In this document: positions 53,461 through 64,000 of the stretch, in pieces | Position numbering within the stretch: the stretch's first letter is position 1 | Layout: the number at the start of each line of letters is the position of its first letter | Assembly: GCA_964016885.1 (NCBI GenBank) | Contig: OZ024740.1 | Location: 234,484,001 to 234,548,000, forward strand | DNA length: 64,000 nt | Direction of reading: 5' to 3' | From: Eledone cirrhosa | Lineage: Eukaryota | The notes under the pieces: model-generated | What the model saw: only the letters and a program-made list of their open reading frames with translations | What the model was told of the DNA's origin: nothing | Database searches by the model: none | Program-made: the position numbers and the translations under genes

Positions 53461-53654
53461 AAGGAAAATAATGAGCCTTTGATTTTGTATTTTGGTAGTT
53501 AATAGTAAATCATTGTTTAGGGTTTGGAGAAACTGATTCAATGTGTGGTTTAAGATTTGAATATTGGCATTATTATCTATCCCATAACGTATCCTATCAT
53601 ATCTTATGCTATACCAAGCCATGAATTCTTAACCTCCTAATTCTATATATATAC

Positions 53655-54140
53655 GTATATCCAGCAACTACACAACCCCTGTTTTTTCTTAAATTTTTAT
53701 CAAGTTTTGTTGTGACTTGTTCTCTATTTCTCCCTATTTATTTTGGTGCTATCAACACTTCCCCCTCTTTCTTTCTCTCCCTTTCTCCCTCTCACTTTAA
53801 CTCTCCCTCTCTCTGCTAGCCACCTCACTGTTCCTCTCGCCTGTTCCTCTAGCTCTCTTTCTCACTTACTCTTGCGGAGGTCAGACGTGTTTTTTTCTCA
53901 TGCACACAGTCTCAATCTTAAGTTCAGTAGTTGATGTTAACTTTAATTTTTTCTCTCTCTCCCTTTTTCCCCCAATAACTTCCTTTAGTTATTGACGCAC
54001 TGGGGTTAGATATCTTGTCTTTAATGCGTAGAAATATCCATGATCTCCAGCAGACAACTGATGAGGGAAAATATTTTCCCGTTCGTGCTTTTCTCTTCTT
54101 TATAAGTACACCTTATCCAGCAACTACACAGCCCCTGTTT

Positions 54141-54145
<5 letters not shown>
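53655..54145 (+). mobile_element. About 456-bp monomer plus terminal direct repeat, with decayed HHR
   Basis: tatccagcaactacaca.cccctgttt at 53658 and 54114. CTGATGA GGGAAAA ta TTTTCCC lacking GAAA at 54058-54080. Confidence 0.55.
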
Positions 54146-54191
<46 letters not shown>

Positions 54192-54196
<5 letters not shown>

Positions 54197-54385
54197 AACG
54201 AGTAGGACCCCGACGGCTGAGCTCAAGCCGTTTCGACGGCTAATTCTGCGTCCAGAATTAGCCGTCGAAACGGCTTGAGCTCAGCCGTCGGGGTCCTACT
54301 CGTTCCTATTACCCACTCTACTACCCTAAGTATTGAGTACTTTGGTGCGTTATGGTCCACCTGGTTCCTTACCACATTCCCTTCG

Positions 54386-54387
<2 letters not shown>
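54192..54387. mobile_element. Foldback element, sister of 30150-30340
   Basis: Palindrome 54192-54309 with an HHR 3' half, in the opposite orientation to the 30150 copy. Confidence 0.75.
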
Positions 54388-54439
<52 letters not shown>

Positions 54440-54446
<7 letters not shown>

Positions 54447-54572
54447 TAACAGATTAAAGTTTAAGCAAAGAATCGCTGCTTTCACCCTTAACGGAATCTT
54501 AGTTTCAGAAGATCCCGTTAAGGGTGAAAGCAGCGATTCTTTGCTTAAACTTTAATCTGTTATTTTAATAAA
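54440..54572. mobile_element. Small foldback with CAGAAGA-core HHR-like motif (54501-54551)
   Basis: Same family as 6270-6342, with an inverted arm at 54440-54499. Confidence 0.65.
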
Positions 54573-54658
54573 TATTTGCTCTACAGTTGTTATATATTTG
54601 ATATATATTTATCCTTATCGAGCCCTCTTTGGATTTTAGTCTTCAAATTTATTATTAT

Positions 54659-54717
<59 letters not shown>

Positions 54718-54722
<5 letters not shown>

Positions 54723-55712
54723 GGAAAAAATGAAACGAAATTTCATTTCCCACTCCTAGTACGGCTGTTACTTAAATATAAGTATGTACACGTATATACA
54801 TATATGTATACAGACGTACAGTAGTATGTATTTATATATACATATATGCACACATATATATATATATATGTACGTATGGATTCACCGAACATTTATTATA
54901 ATGCTCGGTGTGTTTGTAAACAAACATCCCGTATTAAGCCGTAGTGTCCAGCAACCATCGTTGCTCGTTTGTTCAACACTGACAAAGGAACGCTGTACTA
55001 GTTTCAGGCTTATTAGCTATCATCAGCAATGTATACCTTCCTGCCAGATTGTTGAACGTATATACTTACCTTATGCATATTAACGGCTGAGTAGCCCAAT
55101 TTGCATATCGAGTGGGTTAATCGGTCGGCTTAATACGGGATGTTTGTTTACAAACACTCCGAGCATTATAATAAATGTTCGGTGAATCCATACGTACATA
55201 TATATATGTGTGCATGTATGTATATATATATACATACTACTGTACGTCTGTATACATATATGTATGTACGTGTAACATACTTATATTTAAGTAACAGCCG
55301 TACTGGGAGTGGGAAATGAAATTTCGTTTCATTTTTTCCGTTTATCGTTTTCGGTGCACCCGGCCGATTAACCCACTCGATATGCAAATTGGGCTACCCA
55401 CCCGTTAATATGCATAAGGTAAGTATATACGTTCAACAATCTGGCAGGAAGGTATACGTTGCTGACGATAGCTAATAAGCTTGAAACTAGTACAGCGTTC
55501 CTTTGTCAGTGTTGAACAAACGAGCAACGATGGTTGCTGGACACTACGGCTTAATACGGGATGTTTGTTTACAAACACGCCGAGCATTATAATAAATGTT
55601 CGGTGAATCCATACGTACATATATATATATATGTGTGCATGTATGTATATATATATATATATATATACTACTGTACGTCTGTATACATATATGTATGTAC
55701 GTGTACATACTT
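54718..55712. mobile_element. Diverged subfamily of the 445-bp retrozyme-like unit, inverted plus direct arms
   Basis: HHRs at 54990-55032 (minus, CTGATGA) and 55456-55498 (plus, CTGACGA). Unit about 420 bp. Confidence 0.85.
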
Positions 55713-55839
55713 ATATATATATATATATGAAAAATATAAATATATAAATATATAAATATATACGAAAAAAAAAAAATAATTATATATATATATATATATA
55801 TGAAAAATCAATGTTGTCTCTGATCGAAACGAAGCCACC

Positions 55840-56685
55840 TTTTGTACTGTTCATTCAGTATTTCACTTATCCCTTGGGGATCCTCGATTAATGAACCATC
55901 TTTATGGAAGAGTGGCCTATTCTTGCAGTGTACCGAGACAGTCTCTTTTGCAAATTGAAATAAGGCCTTAGGGTTTGTTTTAATATTTTCTATGGTCCTG
56001 ATTTCTCTCTCTGCCCTCTCCTTTTCATGGGAAAGTTTGAGTGCAGTTTCACTTTCAAGTAGTGCACGTTTCAAATAGGATTCCTTCTTGCTTTTTTTTT
56101 TTGTGCATTCAACTTGTTTGAAAACTTATTTCTTCGTCTCATAAGGATTTTCCTGTCTCTGCGAATAAGACTTTTGTGTCCGTTGGCCTTTTTCTCCGGG
56201 ACAAACTTATGCAATATTGTTTGTATTGTTGTCATGAAGTGTTGAAAATCTGTGTTGGTGTCTTGTGTGGGGATGTTGTCGCTCCATATTTGCTTATGGA
56301 TCTCTTTCTTGATCTTTTTCCAGTTAGCCTTGTAGAAGTTAAAGGTGGATAAATTTCCGGGTCTTCTTGATGGTTGTGTCTCTGTTGACTCTCTCGCACC
56401 ACATATCATTAGTTCTACTAACTTATGATCCGAGAAAATTGTTGGTGTCACCTTTACATTGTGGATGAGCACTGCGTTGTTTGTAAAGCAGAGATCCAGG
56501 ACATTCTCGCCTCTTGTTGGGAGGAGCACTGCTTGTTCCATGAGCACCCTGTATGTGAGGGCCAGCAGGGAAGCCGTCTGTCTCTGTTCTATTGGTGTTA
56601 TTCCAGGGAGGAGGTGGCCCTCGGGCCATATTTTTGACCAATTTCGTTGGCTTCTAATTTTATTTCCTCCTTGCATGCAGTCCAT
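55840..56685 (-). pseudogene. CR1-group LINE ORF2 fragment (endonuclease C-terminus plus linker)
   Basis: PTRGENVLDLCFTN, IFSDHKLV, FNFYKANW, NIKTNPKALFQFAK, SEILNEQY. Confidence 0.8.
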
Positions 56686-56847
56686 TTCGCTGTAGAGATA
56701 GTGGGAAGAGTAGGGAAAAGGTTAAAGAGAGAGAGAAGGGGGGGGGGGATAAATCCAGTGAGAAATTCAAGAAGCGATTGAGATGGAAATAGAGAGAGAG
56801 GAGGAGCTTGTGCGATCGAGAGAGAGAGAGAAAGAAATAAGTATAAA

Positions 56848-56926
<79 letters not shown>

Positions 56927-57054
56927 CGTGAAAGAAAAAACAGCAACGGAGACTTGAACAGGCCAAAGTTAATTATACTAACAGAAAAACCACCCTACGG
57001 GTGGTTTTTTGCTAGCATGTGTAGTGTGTATATTGATCTGTTATTTTAATATAT

Positions 57055-57217
57055 ATATATATATAATTATATATTCATGGACAGATATTTTTGCATACAC
57101 ACTAACAAAATATAAATAAACGTATTTATTTCACGAGGCTCGATAAGGATAAATATATATCAAATATATAAGAACCCTAGAACAAATCCCGAGCAACGCC
57201 GGGCCATTCTGCTGGTA
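57055..57217 (+). mobile_element. Non-autonomous Helitron/Helentron-like element
   Basis: 3' hairpin cccgagcaacgccggg followed by cattctgctggt. Similar to 8520-8828 and 54575-54625. Confidence 0.5.
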
Positions 57218-57456
57218 TTAAATAAAAGACGACATTATATATAAACTACATTAGGAGAAAATTAGCGATGGAAATATATGCGATATTTTTATAAGTGTTA
57301 TAATATAACGGCCGCTAACCAGAGTGTTGACATTTGAAAATTTTAAAGAAGTGAATTTTAAAGGTCTTTAAATAAGCTATAAAATATATTTAATCAACAG
57401 CCACGAAATTTAGCACATACATTATGTAATATGCATTCATTATTTATTCAAAGTTG

Positions 57457-57643
57457 AAGGGCGGTGGATTGGCAGTATCGGTAGAGGGTCAGACACCATG
57501 CTTTCCAGCATAGTTACGTCCCTTTACGATCTGAGTTCAAATCCCGCCGAGGTTGACTTTGCCTTTCATCCTTACGGGGTCGATAAAATAAAGTACCAGT
57601 AATGCACTGGGTAATTGCTGGCCTTGTGCCTAAAGTAGAAACA
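57457..57643 (+). mobile_element. Full-length tRNA-derived SINE with 18-bp TSD
   Basis: TSD attatttattcaaagttg at 57439-57456 and 57644-57661. A-box-like tggcagtatcgg, B-box-like gagttcaaatccc. Confidence 0.9.
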
Positions 57644-58379
57644 ATTATTTATTCAAAGTTGGATTATTTATTCAAAGTAATCCAACTTATTTTACAAACG
57701 GGGTAAAAAAAAATATTCTGGACGCAATCCCGCAGACCTTCATTTATTATAGTTAAGATTATTCGAGACAACTCAAAAACACATGTTCGTGATTAAAACA
57801 TAAATAAGCAAAAACAAACTGAAAATGTAAACAAATGATAACATGAATATAAAATAAAATATAAAAGGAGATAAAATAAAATAAATTAATTAAATAAGTT
57901 CAAAATATAGGATCGCGAACGATCGATTTAGATTTAAATAGATAAGATATTATGATTTTAATTCAGTTTCAGTCCTTGTACATTGGTTTGTTTACAAAAT
58001 ATACGTTCAATTTAAAATAACGGGTAACGTATACATAATGTATATTTAATCCCAATAATTATTATAATATCAATATATAGAAACAAGAAGCAATATCAAA
58101 TATATGTAATCACTAAATTAAAAATAAAAATAAAATGAAATTACTTAACTAGCCTTCTAGAAGAAAGAGAAACGAGAATATCTAACAGACCGAAAATAAA
58201 CCACCAAAAACGAAAAAAATCGAAAAATAATCACGTCGAAATATATGTACTTATTTGTTACAGAGGTTGTTGATCAAGGTAATGAATTAACTCAAGTAAA
58301 AATTCAAGACTCGTATCGATTTGAATATCAATTTCGCAGAAATGAAAAAAAGCACGTACGAATGTTCCAACCAATCAAG

Positions 58380-58436
<57 letters not shown>

Positions 58437-58533
58437 AATATATGTATATATAATATATATATATTATACATTTATATATATATTATATATACATACATAT
58501 ATAATATTACCAAGATAATATATATATATATAT

Positions 58534-59010
58534 AAAAGGTGAAGAATAACATGGTCGAGAGTACAAACAAGGATATTTATTGACAGTCTTACAATTGTTT
58601 CCATGATAGAGTTGTCTATAAATTGCTAAATACTGGAGACGGTATAATTCAATTTACAATATATATAACTTCAATCATTTCATCAGAAACTATTTATTGC
58701 CGGTTATACATTTAACTATATCTTCGTTCCTTCTTTCGTCATTTTCTTTCTTTCTCTCTCATTTCCATCTGTCCCCTTCCTTTATTTATTTATCATTAAT
58801 ACTTTTGTTGATGTAGTAATTTGAATTTTTAAGTTTACCGTTATGCACATTTCTTAATAGTTTCTGATGAAATGCTTAAAGTTATATGTATTGTAAATTG
58901 AATTATACTGTCTCCAGTATTTAGCAATTTATAGACAACTCTATCATAGAAACAATTGTAAGACTGTAAATAAATACCCTTGTTTGTACTGTCGACCATG
59001 TTATTCACTT
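58534..59010. mobile_element. Foldback element with a long-stem-II HHR in each arm
   Basis: TAGTTT CTGATGA a ATG...CAT a GAAAC aatt GTA^AGACTG at 58858-58966. Inverted copy at 58583-58693. Confidence 0.75.
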
Positions 59011-59173
59011 TTTTTATTATTCCAAGATATATTTACATAGGAATACAAGCGAAGTCATAAAATCGTCACCAACGTAAACCTTGTTGAGTTACACAGCACC
59101 GTACGCTTAAACTGTCCATGATAAGTAGTTTTCACAGACTCTTATCGGATTACCTTTAACGATTTATTGTTAT

Positions 59174-59221
<48 letters not shown>

Positions 59222-59242
59222 GAATTGGTGCTCTGAAATAGC

Positions 59243-60010
<768 letters not shown>

Positions 60011-60165
60011 TGTGTGACTCTCAGAAATACCCCCACCACAATACGGTAGACAGTTGGCTGTGTTTAGTTAGAGATAGATGTAAATATCTCGTTTCCTGTA
60101 ATATAATTTTACAAATGCAGATATTACTTCTGCAATGTTCAGAAAATCATTATATATATATATAT

Positions 60166-60830
60166 GAGGAATTTAGGAACAGTTTAGGTATGATACATTT
60201 TATTACTAATTATATCTAAATGTTTCTTCTCTCTTCATAATGTATTTTTAACTCTGATACTGGTTCAGTCTGGTTCAAACTGAATTGGTCTGTCCCAGTC
60301 ATTCATTGAGCAACATCGGTGAAGTTGGCACCCTTAACTCACAGTTGGGTGTGGATGCATTCATGTATATATGTGTGTGTCCGCATGTATCTGTGTGTTT
60401 CTAAATGTATTAATAACTCCCTCTGGTCGAGCAATCTTTGAAGTGTGGGGACAACTGGAAAGCTTCCATTACTCATACTTCTCGCCTTCTTCACTACCTC
60501 TTCTACGGCCTCGATATGAATACCCCCTCCGCCTCCGTGGTATTTTTTTCGTGGTTATAAGAGGCTTAGCTCTGTTTCTCGACCGTTATATCGCGTGACT
60601 ATCTCCCCCTCCGCCTTTTGGGATTCTTTCTCACGTCGTGTAGACGCGTTCTTGAGACTAGTAAAATGAGGTATCCTCTTGATAAGTCGGCAGACCTCGC
60701 AAGGACTCTATATCTTTGATATATTGTTTTTGTTTATGCCACGAAACTACGTAGTCGAGGAATTTAGGAACAGTTTAGGTATGATACATTTTATTACTAA
60801 TTATATCTAAATGTTTCTTCTCTCTTCATA

Positions 60831-60835
<5 letters not shown>
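60166..60835 (+). mobile_element. Dispersed copy of the 588-bp retrozyme-like family: 591-nt monomer plus about 79-nt overlap
   Basis: gaggaatttaggaacag occurs at 60166 and 60757. Flanks are (TA)n. Confidence 0.9.
60674..60761 (+). ncRNA. Type I HHR with U3-A8 core and palindromic stem III
   Basis: TCCTC TTGATAA GT c GGCA...TGCC AC GAAACTAC GTAGTC^GAGGA. Confidence 0.78.
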
Positions 60836-60860
<25 letters not shown>

Positions 60861-60864
<4 letters not shown>

Positions 60865-61447
60865 CGTTTCTGCATTTGTTTAGCAAGATTCTTTATCTGA
60901 AAACGTGTGTTGAAACCGATATTGTTATACTTTGTGAGGGTCATGTTGCCAATAAGAAACACACGCACCAGTTGCTTTCAATTCAATTTATTATAATAAA
61001 TTTATAAATTTAGGAATTTATAAATTTCCGGTTGGTTGGTTGGTTCCACAACCAGATGGTTGTTTATATATTGTCAAAGTTCTTTCGTCACACATTCTGT
61101 GACCTCTTCAGTGACTGGGGATTCTTTTTTTTTGTTTTTGTTTTTTTGTTTTTGTGCCTCTCCTTTGAAGAGAAACAAGATGGCGTAGGACAGAACAAAG
61201 GAGAGGCACAAAAACAAAACAACAACAAAAAAACAAAGAAAAGAATCCCCAGTCACTGAAGAGGTCACAGAATGTGTGACGAAAGAACTTTGACAATATA
61301 TAAACAACCATCTGGTTGTGGAACCAACCAACCAACCGGAAATTTATAAATTCCTAAATTTATAAATTTATTATAATAAATTGAAGTGAAAGCAACTGGT
61401 GCGTGTGTTTCTTATTGGCAACATGACCCTCCCAAAGTATAACAATA
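60861..61447. mobile_element. Foldback made of two PLE pLTR ends; HHRs at 61073-61116 (minus) and 61251-61294 (plus)
   Basis: Same pLTR family as 187-5521, with no coding sequence between the arms. Confidence 0.88.
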
Positions 61448-61618
61448 TATATATATATATATATATTGTCTGCGCTGCCAATACCGGGTTAACCACAAAT
61501 CATGGTAGTACTCTATGCATGGGAAGGAGCTTAGTAGGTATAAAGGAAGTTATAAACCTGACCACGACGCCCAGCGTTCGGCCTGTATGTAGCAAGCCTT
61601 CACGAGGGTATATCCTTC

Positions 61619-61720
<102 letters not shown>

Positions 61721-61821
61721 AGAAGAAAGAATAGAATTACAATTTAGGTTCAGGTATAGCTGTATACAGATATGTATAGAAATTTCGTAGAAAACATACC
61801 GTGTTTTTTTAGAAATACGGA

Positions 61822-61889
<68 letters not shown>

Positions 61890-61930
61890 CTCTCTCTAAC
61901 TCTCTCTCCCTCTCTCTCTCTTTCTTTCTT

Positions 61931-61962
<32 letters not shown>

Positions 61963-61979
61963 CCTCTCTCTCTTTCTCT

Positions 61980-62014
<35 letters not shown>

Positions 62015-62020
<6 letters not shown>

Positions 62021-62237
62021 AACAACGTTAAGAAAGATGATGTGATTACACAAAGCGTTCATTCATTATAATTATGTCTATGGCTGCCCTTATGCAATCC
62101 AAGATGAAGTATTTGCATTTTGTCGCTGGTATGCATCTTGGATTGCATACAAGCGATAATATTGGTGGCCATAAAAATAATTATAATAAATAAACGCTTT
62201 ATGTAATCACAGCATCATTCTTAACGTTATTCTTATA
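62015..62237. repeat. Old foldback element beside (TA)n, possibly with a collapsed HHR
   Basis: Imperfect arms tataagaacaacgttaagaa.../...ttcttaacgttattcttata, with hairpin gtatgca...tgcatac. Confidence 0.5.
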
Positions 62238-62468
62238 GTGAATCTCCATGGTAACTACACACTAAGAATGTAGAGAGCTTTATCCTGCTTATTCCTGTTT
62301 TTACCCCAACAATATGTTTAATGAACACACACACACACACATACACACACACACATACACACACACACATACATACACACTGCACACCTAGCCTTTCCTC
62401 ACACCACCTATCATACCAAATATTTATCTCGCGAAGTAGCTCTTACATCATGCTGCTTCTCACACCAA

Positions 62469-62469
<1 letters not shown>

Positions 62470-62543
<74 letters not shown>

Positions 62544-62890
62544 ACTCACTCACTCACTTATTCACTCACTCTCTGTCTATCTATCTCTATCGATCTATCT
62601 CCCCCTCACTCTCTCACTCACTCATTCACTCACTCACTCATTCACTCACTCTCTGTCTATCTATCTCTATCGATCTATCTCCCCCTCACTCTCTCACTCA
62701 CTCACTCACTCACTCACTCACTCATTCACTCACTCACTCTCTATCTATCTCTATCGATCTATCTCCCCCTCACTCTCTCACTCACTCACTCACTCATTCA
62801 CTCACTCACTCTCTGTCTATCTATCTCTATCGATCTATCTCCCCCGCACTATCTCACTTTCTCTCTCTCTCTATCTATCTATCTATCCAC
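62470..62890. repeat. Compound (CT)n/(CACT)n/(CTAT)n minisatellite
   Basis: Repeated ctatctatctctatcgatctatctccccctcactctctcactc unit. Confidence 0.85.
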
Positions 62891-63553
62891 ATATATTGAT
62901 CTATCTATCTGCCCCCTCTATCTCTCTCTCTCACTCTTTCTCTGTGTTCTTCTTCCAATGTGTGTGGAATGTTATGGGGGGGGGGGGGACAGATGGAATG
63001 GAACTTAAAATAGTGAAAGGAAGAGTATTCTAGATAGAGTGGAAAAGAAAGTAAGAGAGTGAAGGAATGAAATAGATAGTGTACGAAAGAGAGAGTTGTT
63101 ATTACAGCATGTGTTGTTTGTCTGTGTAGTTTGGCAATCGATATTTTCTCCAATATAAGGTGGTTACAGTGATCCGTGTTGTGTCAGTGCAATAAATACT
63201 TGATTGATATCCAGTTTATGGCTTGCCTACACGTGGCCGCTTAACCTATTTGAGATAACACCCAAATTTCTCTCACATCACATCATATCATCTTAAATTG
63301 GGAAAAGTTACATTGAACAAGGAAAAAAATTATAAGGGCCCCATTCCTATAATGATTGATCAGTCTTATAGATAAAAAAGATGAGATGGTCACGGCTGGA
63401 ATCTACAATGGTAGGTCTATTCCATGAGAACTGATCAGAGGTTAAACAACAACAACAACCGACTTTATCTAGATACCAGTAACATTCAATTCATTAATGG
63501 TGCACTGAACAGCGTATATTGCAAAATATGAAGTGTGAGGTATATTTAATAAT

Positions 63554-63741
63554 TGTTTCTACTTTTGGCACAAGGCCAGCAAATACCCAGTGTATTACTG
63601 GTACTTTATTTTATCGACCCCATAAGGATGAAAGGCAAAGTTAACCTCGGCGGGATTTGAACTCAGAATGGCAAGGGCCGTAACTCTATACGTCAAAGCA
63701 TGGCGTCCGACCCTCTACCGATACTGCCAATCCACCGCCCT
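63554..63741 (-). mobile_element. Full-length SINE with 13-bp TSD
   Basis: TSD tatatttaataat at 63541-63553 and 63742-63754. Confidence 0.88.
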
Positions 63742-63779
63742 TATATTTAATAATAAGGATCAATGATAAAGATCCCATA

Positions 63780-63985
63780 ACTCCTTGTGGAGTCATAGAG
63801 GCACCATCATACGGCGTGTCTAGGGTACTTTTAAACCTGGCGGAGCCCAACTCTCTCCAGGTCCGAACACAGCCGATTTTTTCTATAGAGGAAAATTCAA
63901 CCCCAGTACTGGACTGGTACTTTTTTTTATCGACCTCGAAAGGATGAAAGGTAAAGTTGACCTCGGCGGGATTTGAACTCAGAGT
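63780..63985 (-). mobile_element. Long-form SINE, 5'-truncated
   Basis: ccagtactggactggtac...atcgacctcgaaaggatgaaaggtaaagttgacctcggcgggatttgaactcag. Confidence 0.7.
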
Positions 63986-64000
63986 GCGCAGTGATCATTC

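Noticed and set aside
57457-57550. tRNA gene
   Set aside because: Only A/B-box-like SINE heads, with no cloverleaf, and the copy has a SINE body and TSD.

Overview
AT-rich, microsatellite-dense eukaryotic DNA made almost entirely of transposable elements. The repeat types suggest a cephalopod such as octopus (inference). No host protein-coding gene can be supported, and most ORFs in the track are simple-repeat artefacts. Recognisable autonomous-type elements are all decayed: a Penelope-like element (PLE; RT plus GIY-YIG) with a 1.25-kb inverted arm, a Tx1/L1-clade LINE nested in a second PLE fragment, an RTE LINE with a clean twin-priming inversion, a CR1-group fragment, and mariner and hAT-like relics. 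There are also many tRNA-derived SINEs and Helentron-like elements. The main signal is a dense set of small non-coding elements, nearly all sitting in (TA)n tracts as tandem arrays or foldbacks. By eye, at least ten unrelated families carry a type I hammerhead ribozyme (HHR), often with a palindromic (dimer-type) stem III. One 588/591-bp family has a compensated U3-A8 core, and its dispersed copy starts exactly at the predicted GUC cleavage site. That points to retrozyme-like self-cleaving RNAs, plausibly mobilised by PLE machinery. All folds were read by eye and none was computed or tested.
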